NCBI GenBank assembly: GCA_030390025.1
Contig: CM059431.1
Span: forward strand, 131,566,001 to 131,630,000
DNA from: Squalus acanthias
Taxonomy: Eukaryota
DNA: 64,000 bases
Direction of reading: 5' to 3'
A program made the position numbers and the translations under genes. The notes under the pieces were generated by a model. That model ran no database searches and was not told the origin of the DNA. It saw nothing but the letters and a program-made list of their open reading frames with translations. The number at the start of each line of letters is the position of its first letter. Positions within the stretch are counted from its first letter, which is position 1. This document shows, piece by piece, positions 23,810 to 36,200 of the stretch.

Positions 23810-26634
23810 TGAGTCTTTCTATATGAAGCTAAATGAAGGAAATAAATGGGAATTTGTACTGAGTGCCAGTCCAGACAGCTGACATTGATGAGCTATTTGG
23901 CAGGAATAAGGAGTCCATCCAGCAAAGATATTGTTTTAATAATGGGATATTTCAATGATGCGGATATTGAATGAGTTTGGGAAGTGCTAGGAGTAAAAAG
24001 TCAGGAATTACTGGATGAGATAAGGGAACTGCCACATGGAACAACATATCGTAGTGAGTAGAAATGAGACTGTACTTGAGCTAACATTGACCAATAATAA
24101 GGATATCATTTCAGGAGTTGAAGTGGGGGAACAGCTGGAGAACAGTGATCATAGAGTCATAAAGGAAAGGGAAAGAAAAGAGCAGCAGTACCATTCGACC
24201 GCTGAACTTTGCGAAGCACATTTTAGAAGAATGTTCACAGAGATAAGAGGAGAATGGGGAAGGGCTGTAAAAGAGGATGGAGTGGCAGCTACATAGAACA
24301 GACTTAAAAAGATAATTGATAGGGTAATGGTATTCATAACCAGGAGTTGTAGGAACAATAAGTAGATGATGAAGGCCAGCCTGAATAATTGGGAAGATAA
24401 TTAAAGCCTTTCGGGAGAAAGTGAATATATTCAATAACTATAAAAGCTGTCTGCAACAATTAAGAATCATACAAGGAAAACCTTAGAAAATGCAAAAGAA
24501 CTGTTGAAATGGCTAAGCAGGTATATGAATTTAAAATTGTTAGGCAAATTAAGACATATTAAGACATTTTTGAGTACATGGGGGGGGAAGGAAAAATCAC
24601 AAACTGAGTGTTAAGATTAGTGAAGATGTGGACATAACTTAAAAATTGAGTTTAGTTCCATTTTTACATGGGAATGGACATAATTACAGAGGTTGCAGCA
24701 AAGTGGGTATTTCAAGATGGTCAGAATTAGAGGTGAAATAAAGTTAGCCTCACTGCAGAGTTGATGGGTTGATTCTTGAAGAAGATCTCTGAGTGAATAA
24801 AGTACCAGGGCTGGAAGCAATTCATCCTTGAGTTCTTAGAGAACTCAGAAGGTGAACCAGTGACCAATATTTAGTGTTTCCTTATATAGGGGGTAGTGCC
24901 AGAGGACTAGAGAACAGCAATTGTAGTGCTCTTACTTATAAAGAATTCAAAGAGGGATGCAAGGAATTTTGACCAGTGTCTTTAGTACCAGGGGAAATTC
25001 TAAAATCGATTATCAAGAACAAGATAGCAGAACATTTAGGCAGATATAATTAGTGAGAGTCAACATGAATTTACAAAAGGAAAATTATGATTTACCAATT
25101 CAATAGAATATTTTGATAAAGTAATTAAGAATCTAGATAGGGATGGCAAAGTAGATGTGATTCACTTGGATTTTAGTAAAGCATTTTAGATTTTAGATTT
25201 TGATAAGGAATTTCATGGAAAACCAGTTGGGAAAACGAACGGATCCAATACTGGCAGTGGCATGTGATTGAAGCAGGTTATTCTGCCACTACATAGAGTA
25301 TTGGTCAGGCTACACCTGGATTATTGTATGTGGTTCTGGAACCTTCATTACAGGAATGGTATAGCTGAGTTGGAAGATATGCAGAGAAAAGATGCTGCAA
25401 TGATTAGCAGAGTAGAGAATAAAATATATGAGGACAGAACAACGGTTCTCATTGGAAAGGAGATGACTATGATTGCAAATATCCAAATTAATGAGGCTGG
25501 GGGAGGTAGAGAATCAGTCAGGGATATCAAATTTGACACAGGGTAGCAGAACAGGAGGATATAAGTATAAGCTGAAATAGGAGTAGATTTAGGTAAGAAA
25601 GCATTACTTCAGTGAGAAGATGGTCACTTTTAGACTAGCTTACCAAGTGAGGTTCTGTCTTCAAGGTCAAATTAGACAAGTACTTTGAAGAGAAACACAT
25701 CATTGGTTACAAGGGCTGGACTGCAGGAAGGCAGACTCGATGGAACTATAGTCTTTTCCAATCTTGAGGTTTTCCATGTTTCTATGACGAATATTGCAGT
25801 TTTTCATTACACAAAATATTGTTAGCTTATCTCCTTTTATAGTTATTGCATTTTTGTATCTGAACAGGAGCTTCAGTAACAATAATAAGCAAGAATAGTG
25901 ATGTTGTACAATTACTGATAAGACAGCTACAGTGGAAGGGTTTTGCTTTTTTGTCTCAAGTTCTGTTTCATGTTTAATTAGATGGTTCTGTCCTTAGAAG
26001 GCTGCTGCCAGTGAAACTTAACTAAAGGATTGTAAATCTTTGCTGTATATCATTGTTGAGAACTGGTTCTGTAGTTGGGCTTGGGCTTAATCACTATAAT
26101 TAATGTGAAAAGTGCTTGCATGAGTAGGTGACTTAATTATTGTTTTATAAAACTGAATTTTCATGAAAATATTTTACTGGTTCAGGAAATGTATATAGTT
26201 TTACTTTTGGTTAATTATTTCGAGTTTTCTCCCCTTGTCTCACACAATATGCACTGGGTGAGAGAGTGGCCAGGTGGCTGTTAACAATAGCAATCCATAA
26301 CTGGTCAGTAGGAAGACCCTGTGATGCAGTGAAGTGACTCTTACTTTTCATTGTTTTTTTCTTTCCCACCTGACTTCCAAGGCTCAGCAATTTGGAGGAC
26401 CAACATTGTGCCACCAGGAAATGATGTTGAAGTATTGTTCGAACAACAGAAGCATTTTTCAGATTTCCCAGTTGTCAGTGTAATGTTTGTTAGCTCATTT
26501 GAATCTTGGGTGTAGCTAAAGACTAAAAAGATGGAATATTTTAGAATACTGGCTTTCTCTTACTATTAAGAAAGGATAGAAGTGGCGGGATTGTCAATTT
26601 CAGCCTTGTATTGTTCACCCCCATCTATTGGTAT

Positions 26635-26990
26635 CAGCCAAGGCTCAGTGGTATCACCCGCGCCTCTGAATCTAAAGCTTGTGGTTCAAGTCCCACTCCA
26701 GAGACTTGAGCACATGATCTAGGCTGACACCTCGGTGCAGTACTGAGGGAGTGCTGCACTATCAGCAGTGTTCTCTTTCAGATGAGATGTAAAACCGAGT
26801 CCCTGTCTGCTCTCCCAGGTGGATGCAAAAGATCCCGTGGCACTTTTTGAAGAAGACCAGGGGAGTTCTCCCCAATGTCCTGGCCAATAATTTTCCCTTA
26901 ACCAGCATCACTTAAAAAGAACAGATTATCCTTCATGTCATTGTTATTTGTGGGACCTTGCTGTGCACAAATTAGCTGCCACGTTTTCCG
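26635..26990 (+). mobile_element. tRNA-headed Deu-domain SINE (SacSINE1/AmnSINE-related), 3' tail missing
   Basis: A box ggctcagtgg, B box ggttcaagtcc, and the core gatgagatgtaaaaccgag...aaaagatcccgtggcact...ggagttctcccc. Second copy at 45068-45500. Confidence 0.85.
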
Positions 26991-28052
26991 GCAATGTACA
27001 TGAAAAAGCAGTGCAACGGTGTGATAAAAAGAAAATAGACATGCTTATGCTGCCAGTATACTGCCTTTCTAACTGAAGATAGGTTGGCTATCAAACAGGA
27101 GATCAATGGACAAATTTATTAATTTTCTGGTCTAATCCCAATTTTGCTAAATAGGGCACAAAGTTCATTGCATGTGTTCATTATAGCTTAATTATTCTTC
27201 ATATTTCAACCACTTAGATTTTAGTATTTAGATTTGCTGTGTATGCATGGGCTTATTTATATCACTTCTGCTCCTAAATTGCTTGCTGTTGAGGGTCACC
27301 ATGTCAACAATGAAGCAGGGAGACATCTTCCTTCAAAGATGTTTTTCCACCAAAAATGAAAAATGAAATCCAATTTCAGGTTTGAATTTGTTGATAAATG
27401 ATCATCTGGTGTGGCCTTTTCCAAAGCCAGCTTTGTATCACTATGTTGGTTACTGTGTTCAGTTACAGCCCTAATAACTCACCCATGTCAGTAAAAAGGC
27501 AAAGATCTTTGAATTTCAACAAATTCTGCAATTAGTCGTTAAAATTTCAACTTTTTGTCACTTGGGTGTTAATGATTTTGCTGAGCAATTAAAAAGCATA
27601 CATTTGGATAGAAATGGTGTGGGTTTTAAATTGCATTCTATAAAGCAGGATGATCCTCTTTAGGAGGGCTTCTCTGTAATAAGCTTCTTCACAATCTTTT
27701 AACAAACTGAGAAAAGGCTGAATGACAAAACAGAACTGACATTCACTCTCTTCTTTCAATCACCCAGGTCTGTTTTCAATTTGGAAAGACAGTACGCATT
27801 ATGCGTCCATTATTGTTTAAATTTCGTCTGGAATAAAAATCCCTTTAACAGCAAAGTCTAAACCCTAGTGAAAATAGAAACAATTGAGACCTGTCAATGT
27901 TCTTTTAAAAAACAAAACAAATTCAACAAGACTTGGGGAGATAGATACAACACGGAACAAGTCCACTAGAACTGTGGTAATATCCAGACAACCTATTACA
28001 GTTCATACTGCCATATAAATTCTCATCGGAAGCCTGGTGTTCTTACTGCTAA

Positions 28053-28256
<204 letters not shown>

Positions 28257-29514
28257 TAATTTTGACAATTTCTCTTTCCATGTCCTTTAGTGTTTGAAGG
28301 CTGGTGCACACTTTAGAGATTCTTACTCTTTGGTGTAAGTATTGGATGGAATTTAGAAATGCATGAATCTAAGCTGCTGTATTTCTTTGTTATCCAATAA
28401 TATTACTTGATTCCAGACCACAAGGTTGTGTTGAGCTTAACTTTCTTTTCAAGGACTTTTTTTCTCTCTCCTTTATGATGAGACTAGGCTTAGTGTCTGG
28501 AACAATGTACCTTACAAAGCCACTGTTTTCTATTGTGGAAAAAAATTTACTCTGCCTATTAAAAGGATATTAATAATTGTCAGTGAATTACCAGACATGA
28601 ATCCAATTGAGAGGTTTAGGCGATGTCATAAACTCCAAGGAAGAAACACAATCTCTCTGCTGAACTGGATTATTATCTGTAATTTACTGACAGATATATT
28701 GGGATAGATCTTGACTTTGTGCAATAGTATTAAATGGGTGAAAGCGAGTCGGCAGCATGTTTTACATCTCTCCCGGTTTTTATTTCCATTGAAGTCAAGT
28801 TATGACTCAAGTGGTTGACTCAAGTTATACAGTGGCTGCGGGCTGCTCTTTGGCCAGGAAAAGCAGAGTACTGTGCAAGTGTACTTATGTGTTTCCACAT
28901 ATGTACAGAACTTTTCTCACCAGGATCCAAGTGTCAGTAAGATTTTAATTTAAAAGAGTTAAGTGTCTTTAAGCATGTTGGTAACTGTCTTCCTTGCTGA
29001 TGTAATGTAGCTGGTGCAGCTGAAATCTCTTTATTCTTTTTCTGAAGAGCCTTGTCTTGTCTGCTTTGCGAAGGTGTTGAGAGCGGAGATAGATGTTTGT
29101 TATAAGTTCTGAGATGGAAAATGCACAATGTCTCCAATAGACAGCCCCTATCTGCACATCTAATTCATTGATGAACCCTGTACACCCAAAAAGCAGTGTT
29201 TGAATGGAGAACAGTTAGTTCTTGTGTCTACTTAAATACCCAAACTGCTAATAGTTACGCTTAGCTCACCAGTTTCTAATCAATAACATTGTTTTTTCTG
29301 AGGCCAGGAAATCCACATAAAAGCTATTAAAAATCATAAACCTCTCTTCTCTCTTGACTATCTCCAGGTGTTTTTCAAGCTTCTTTATTGTATTGATAAT
29401 CTTACTGACACCAAAATGTAAAGGGAGGAATGGATCTTGTTCGTGTTTGTTACATATTTGGGGGCTGCCTTAGCTATTCTCTCGGGTTCAACAGTATGCA
29501 AGGAACTGTGATTC

Positions 29515-29715
29515 CACCAGTAACTAATGGTAACTCACTGAAATTGCACTGATAACTAATGGTAAAGTGATAACACTCAAATTCCCCTCATAACCAATAG
29601 TAATACAATAACTCACTGATAGTCTATATGTAACTGGTAGTAATAGGTGTAATGCCCCGATATCCTACCTGTAACTAGTAGTGATCCTATAACTCACTGA
29701 TACACACCCTGTACT
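29515..29715. repeat. Degenerate ~40-bp tandem repeat, about 5 units
   Basis: Recurring gtaacta(a/g)t(g/a)gtaa...taactcactga motifs. Confidence 0.5.
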
Positions 29716-30029
29716 GCACAAGGTGCAGTCAGGCTCCCTAGTCGATGCCATTTTTAATAGGCCCGATCTCTCTCTCTATCTTCTTGGAATCTGGTTTGGA
29801 CTCAGGTTCTATGTGAAGGTGACAATTCTGAACTGGGAGCCTCTGTCAGAGCTTATCTGTACTTGGACTTCTCACGTCAAAACCAGGTGGCACAGACTGA
29901 CCTGAACCAAACTGAGAGACTGCGCAAAGGGCAGTAGGCTCAGTGTTTGGTGCACATTGTCCTAAACTCAGCTCAGCACCAACATTTCTAAACCACTTCC
30001 TGGGCTCAGTCTCAATAAAGGAAAGTTTT

Positions 30030-30340
30030 CATAGAAATATAGAAATTACAGCACAGGAGGAGGCCATTTGGCCTCCAGTGATGGTGTTTTCTCCTGTAAC
30101 CCGATTCACCCCCACCATCAAATATCTTTTTATATTTCTCCTTTTCAAATATATATCCCATTCCCTTTGAAATGAAGTTTTAGTCTCTACCTCAGTTGCC
30201 ACATGTGGTGAAGATGATCGACTAATAGCCCTCTGTTCAAGAACTTTCCGGCTCCCTTCCCCCTTGTTTCTTCCAGTGAGAATCCTTGGTTTCCGTTCCC
30301 TAGTTCCCATTCACCCACCAGTGGAAATGATCTTTCACAC
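30030..30340 (-). mobile_element. Degraded CR1 3'-end fragment
   Basis: catagaaatatagaaat tail, ggaggccatttggcc 3' UTR motif, and a minus-strand SFQREWDIYLKRRNIKRY peptide like the CR1 ORF2 end. Confidence 0.7.
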
Positions 30341-30714
30341 TTTACCCAAAGTAAGGTCTCTGGTTTTCACTTACCCCATTACTGGCTGCTCCTCTCTCAG
30401 TGCCGCTCCCACTCATCGCTTTGCTACTGCTGCTCCTGGCTCTGTGGGAAATGCTGGTCCCCACGCCCAGCCCCAACCAAATTCCCCCCCCCCCACAACT
30501 CGCTTGAGCCCCAATCCCCCGACCGTTAGTCCCCTTCTCTCCCACAACCTCCCTTCCCCTAATTCACCATGTGCTCCCATTCCCCAATCTCCATCTCCCC
30601 CCGATTCCCCATTCTCCATCTTTCCTCTTGATCCCCATTCACTGATCTCCATCTCCCCCTGAGATCCCATTCCCCAGTCTCGATCTCTCCCCAAGCCCCC
30701 GTTCTCAGGGGGAA

Positions 30715-32212
30715 TGGGGGCAGGACAGCTGGTTTCCGGGTTCCAGTCCCGCTCCCAGCTGCATCTGCTCTGCAGACGAGCTTACCGGCCAAGTAACAGG
30801 AAGCGGGTCTGATGATGTCATTTGATGACACGTCATCAGCCGGTTTCCTTAAAGAGACCACGTCCACATGGAGTTTGACAGTGGTTCTGTCAGTGTTTGA
30901 CAGCATTGAGGTGCTGCAAACACTGACAATCACTGCACAAAGGTGAACGCTTGTACCCAGGCTCTCCAATGACTCCCTCCATATGCTTATGGAGGGAGTT
31001 ACAGCACGAAGGGAGGTTCTCTTCCCTTCCAAGGATGGAAGAGACCTCCCCAGGACACCAACTTACCTTGCACCTCCACCCATCGCTCTCTATCTACTTT
31101 ATCTCACTAGCCACCCCTCACACTCACCCTCATCCTACTGCAAGCATACCAACTAACACACAAGGGTAGGCACTTGAGAGGTTTAGCCAATGTCCATCTG
31201 AAGTTTCTGGTAATGTGTTGTCATACAGTGAAATCTCTTTTTCAAAAAGTACCCCTTATGGGACAGATCTGAGCGCACCTTGAGAAGTGTCTTACTGAGT
31301 TCCAGTGATTGTTCAGTCATAACTCCCCACCACCCACCCCACTATAGTGATCTGTGTGCATGGAATGGCTTGGACATTAAAGGGATGCTTCACGGTGCTG
31401 GTGTGGGATGGTGTCAACCTGGCGCATCATGTGGCAGCCAGGGTTTACAGCATCAAGTGAAGAAAATCTGGCCATGGTGATGCCATTGCTGGCCCCCCGG
31501 GCAGCAATGTTGTCAGGGGCTGATGCCCTGTGTCCTGTGCAGCATCAGGTGATGGCGGAGAAGGTTGGTGATGTTCTTGGTGATATTGGTGCACCTGGTG
31601 ATGTTAGTGTTGGGACTGATCGTGGAAGGATTCGGAGGACCAAGGTCTGATTGTTTCATTGGCTCCGATATTGCTGCAATAGATGGCAGCTGCAGGTGAG
31701 ATGACAGAAGCGATCTGTCAATGGTGAGAGAGGTTCTCCCAATGAGGTGGCACTGGATATACAGTTGGATCTAAAAACATGTAAGCTAAAGAAATCTCTA
31801 TATGTATTAAAAATGCAGTAACCAACATTTTCTGTGCTCTGAAACTCACCATCTGCAACATGGCATCCCGTACACCACTTCTGCAGCTGTCAGCTTTTTA
31901 CAAACATCAGAGCAGACTAAAAACACGCCAGGTTGAGCTGACGTGTTCCCCGAACAGCGGGTAACCTGTGGGGGAGAAGGGAAAATTACAAGTAAACCTC
32001 AAAATACTCTTAAATTGGCTCTTTACAAGCCATTTAAGCAGCTGAGTTTTTAGATCCAACTGTATGTCCAGTTCTCCGCTGACAGACCCGACACCTGGGA
32101 GACTTGCATGGAGGCGGGTTGACAGAGGGTTTCCTACCTGCTGTCAATCTTTGCTATTTTGACAGCGGACAGGCCTCCAAACCTGCCCCCTCAGCGTTAT
32201 TAAATTTGTGGC
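30715..32212 (+). mobile_element. Harbinger-derived non-autonomous element (left boundary uncertain)
   Basis: ~30953-31033 translates as VPRLSNDSLHMLMEGVTARREVLFPSK, similar to the Myb-like N-terminus at 6392. Upstream ccttaaag motif. TIR-like end aaatttgtggcc at ~32201-32212. Confidence 0.6.
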
Positions 32213-32995
32213 CAATGTCTCTCCCCGGGCCCCCATTTCCCAGTCTCCATCTCCCTCCCCGACCCCATTCCCCAGTCTCCATGTCTCTCCCCGACCCCAT
32301 TCCCCAGTCTCCATGTCTCTCCCCGACCCCATTCCCCAGTCTCCATGTCTCTCCCCGACCCCATTCCCCAGTCTCCATGTCCTTCCCCGACCCCATTCCC
32401 CAGTCTCCATCTCCCTCCCCGACCCCATTCCCCAGTCTCCATGTCTCTCCCCGACCCCATTCCCCAGTCTCCATCTCCCTCCCCGACCCCATTCCCCAGT
32501 CTCCATCTCCCTCCCCGACCCCATTCCCCAGTCTCCATCTCCCTCCCCGACCCCATTCCCCAGTCTCCATGTCTCTCCCCGACCCCATTCCCCAGTCTCC
32601 ATCTCCCTCCCCGACCCCATTCCCCAGTCTCCATGTCCTTCCCCGACCCCATTCCCCAGTCTCCATGTCCTTCCCCGACCCCATTCCCCAGTCTCCATCT
32701 CCCTCCCCGACCCCATTCCCCAGTCTCCATCTCCCTCCCCGACCCCATTCCCCAGTCTCCATATCTCTCCCCGACCCCATTCCCCAGTCTCCATCTCCCT
32801 CCCCGACCCCATTCCCCAGTCTCCATCTCCCACCCCGACCCCATTCCCCAGTCCCCATCTCCCTCCCCGACCCCATTCCCCAGTCTCCATCTCCCACCCC
32901 GACCCCATTCCCCAGTCCCCATCTCCCTCCCCGACCCCATTCCTCAGTCTCCATCTCCCTCCCCGACCCCATTCCCCAGTCTCCATGTCTCTCTC
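32213..32995. repeat. 32-bp minisatellite, ~24 copies (CCGACCCCATTCCCCAGTCTCCATSTCYCTCC)
   Basis: A period of 32 is read directly, e.g. gacccc at 32261 and 32293. Confidence 0.97.
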
Positions 32996-33024
32996 TGAGC
33001 CTATCAGTCATTCTGGTTGGGTTG

Positions 33025-33270
33025 GGAACCCTAGTTGGGCTGGAGTCACATATAAGCCAAACCGGGGAAGGACGGCAGGTTTCCTTCTCCAAAGGACAAT
33101 AGTGAACCAGTTGGGTTTTGCGACAATCTGACAGCTTTTGATTTTAACATTTTTTTAAAAACTGAATTCAAATTCTCAAACTGCCATAGTGGGATATGAA
33201 CTCACATTCTCTGGATTATTAGTTGGATTCTCTGGCCTCTGGATTACTAGTCCATAACTACTACACTACT
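33025..33270 (-). mobile_element. tRNA-derived SINE, 5' part
   Basis: The minus strand starts gtagtgtagtagttatgg (A-box-like) and has gagttcatatccc (B-box-like). Confidence 0.65.
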
Positions 33271-33299
33271 TATCCCGCCACTATCTTTTCTGTTACAAT

Positions 33300-36200
33300 G
33301 GGGGGAATTTTATCCTCCACGATGAGCAGGGGAGGGTCCGCGGATGTTAAAATTTCAAAAATCTGAAACCTGACTCCCAACCCTCCTCAAGCAGGCCCAC
33401 TTCCAGTTTTAACAGAGGCGGGTTGGGGGACAAGCAACTCGCCGGCTCTCGAGAGGCGGGTCAATTATTTACATTTGTTAATGAGGTTGCATGCCTCAAA
33501 TATTAGCAGCCAATTTGATTTAACAGCTGTGGGCTTGGTTTCCCAGGGCTTGGGAAACCCAGCAGCAGAAGGGAGGTGAGAAAGGTAGGATCCAGCCTTT
33601 CCAGAACTGCTTGTGGACCAGGAGGAACTGGAGTGCTTCCCCCCGGCCCCCCCAAGCTAACCTGCTTCCCTCCATGAAATCGACCTCCCTCCTCAGGATC
33701 ACTTCAACCCCCCGACCCGAAATCTCCCCCATCCCCGACCCGCGATCTCGATCTCCCCCCGATCCGAAATCTCCCCCATCCCCGACCCGCGATCTCGATC
33801 TCCCCCCGATCCGAAATCTCCCCCATCCCCGACCCGCGATCTCCCACCAACCCCCGACCCGCCATCTCCCACCAACCCCCGACCCGCAATCTCCCACCAA
33901 CACCCGACCCGCAATCTCCCACCAACACCCGACCCGCAATCTCCCACCAATCCCCGACCCGCGATCTCGATCTCCCCCGACCCGCCATCTCCCACCAACG
34001 CCCGACCCGCCATCTCCCACCAACACCCGACCCGCAATCTCCCACCAACCCCCGACCCGCAATCTCCCACCAACACCTGACCCGCAATCTCCCACCAACA
34101 CCCGACCCGCGATCCCCCCCCGACCCGCGATCTCGATCTCCCCCGACCCGCCATCTCCCACCAACGCCCGACCCGCCATCTTCCACCAACACCCGACCTG
34201 CGATCTCCCACCAAACCCCGACCCGCAATCTCCCACCAACGCCCGACCCGCCATCTCCCACCAACACCCGACCCGCGATCTCCCACCAACCCCCGACCCG
34301 CAATCTCCCACCAACGCCCGACCCGCGATCTCCCACCAACCCCCGACCCACAATCTCCCACCAACACCCGACCCGCGATCTCCCACCAACCCCCGACCCG
34401 CAATCTCCCACCAACCCCCGACCCGCCATCTCCCACCAACCCCCGACCCGCAATCTCCCACCAACACCCGACCCGCGATCCCCCCCCGACCCGCGATCTC
34501 GATCTCCCCCGACCCGCCATCTCCCACCAACACCCGACCCGCAATCTCCCACCAATCCCCGACCCGCGATCTCGATCTCCCCCGACCCGCCATCTCCCAC
34601 CAACGCCCGACCCGCAATCTCCCACCAACCCCCGACCCGCAATCTCCCACCAACCCCCTGACCCGCAATCTCCCACCAACACCCTGACCCGCAATCTCCC
34701 ACCAACACCCGACCCGCAATCTCCCACCAACACCCGACCCGCGATCGCCCCCCCGACCCGCGATCTCGATCTCCCCCGACCCGCCATCTCCCACCAACGC
34801 CCGACCCGCCATCTTCCACCAACACCCGACCTGCGATCTCCCACCAAACCCCGACCCGCAATCTCCCACCAACGCCCGACCCGCCATCTCCCACCAACAC
34901 CCGACCCGCGATCTCCCACCAACCCCCGACCCGCAATCTCCCACCAACGCCCGACCCGCGATCTCCCACCAACCCCCGACCCACAATCTCCCACCAACAC
35001 CCGACCCGCAATCTCCCACCAACACCCGACCCGCGATCCCCCCCCCGACCCGCGATCTCGATCTCCCCCGACCCACAATCTCCCACCAACCCCCGACACG
35101 CCATCTCCCACCAACCCCCGACCTGCCATCTCCCACCAACCCCCGACCCGCCATCTCCCACCAACCCCCGACCCGCCATCTCCCACCAACCCCCGACCCG
35201 CCATCTCCCACCAACACCCGACCCGCGATCTCCCACCAACCCCCGACCCGCCATCTCCCACCAACCCCCGACCCGCCATCTCCCACCAACCCCCGACCCG
35301 CCATCTCCCACCAACCCCCGACCCGCCATCTCCCACCAACCCCCGACCCGCGATCTCCCACCAACACCCGACCCGCGATCTCCCACCAACCCCCGACCCG
35401 CCATCTCCCACCAACCCCCGACCCGCGATCTCCCACCAACCCCCGACCCGCGATCTCCCACCAACCCCCGACCCGCGATCTCCCACCAACACCCGACCCG
35501 CAATCTCCCACCAACACCCGACCCGCAATCTCCCACCAATCCCCGACCCGCGATCTCGATCTCCCCCGATCCGAAATCTCCCCCATCCCCGACCCGCGAT
35601 CTCCCACCAACCCCCGACCCGCCATCTCCCACCAACCCCCGACCCGCAATCTCCCACCAACACCCGACCCGCAATCTCCCACCAACACCCGACCCGCAAT
35701 CTCCCACCAATCCCCGACCCGCGATCTCGATCTCCCCCGACCCGCCATCTCCCACCAACGCCCGACCCGCCATCTCCCACCAACACCCGACCCGCAATCT
35801 CCCACCAACCCCCGACCCGCAATCTCCCACCAACACCTGACCCGCAATCTCCCACCAACACCCGACCCGCGATCCCCCCCCGACCCGCGATCTCGATCTC
35901 CCCCGACCCGCCATCTCCCACCAACGCCCGACCCGCCATCTTCCACCAACACCCGACCTGCGATCTCCCACCAAACCCCGACCCGCAATCTCCCACCAAC
36001 GCCCGACCCGCCATCTCCCACCAACACCCGACCCGCGATCTCCCACCAACCCCCGACCCGCAATCTCCCACCAACGCCCGACCCGCGATCTCCCACCAAC
36101 CCCCGACCCACAATCTCCCACCAACACCCGACCCGCGATCTCCCACCAACCCCCGACCCGCAATCTCCCACCAACCCCCGACCCGCCATCTCCCACCAAC

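Larger units (their letters stand above)
20640..25790 (+). mobile_element. Old, heavily decayed near-full-span CR1, interrupted by the MITE/LTR nest at 21298-23809
   Basis: Remnants occur in the expected order: ORF1 esterase (VCYLPDAR, VHVGNND), endonuclease (IIGIMETW, ETES across the MITE, LENSDH), RT (QHEFTKGK, VIHLDFSKAF), LVRLHLDYCMWFW, and a 3' tail ending ccatgtttctatg. Confidence 0.8.

Noticed and set aside
32104..33131. Pro/Ser-rich and Gly/Trp-rich ORFs in all six frames
   Set aside because: These are translations of the 32-bp minisatellite.
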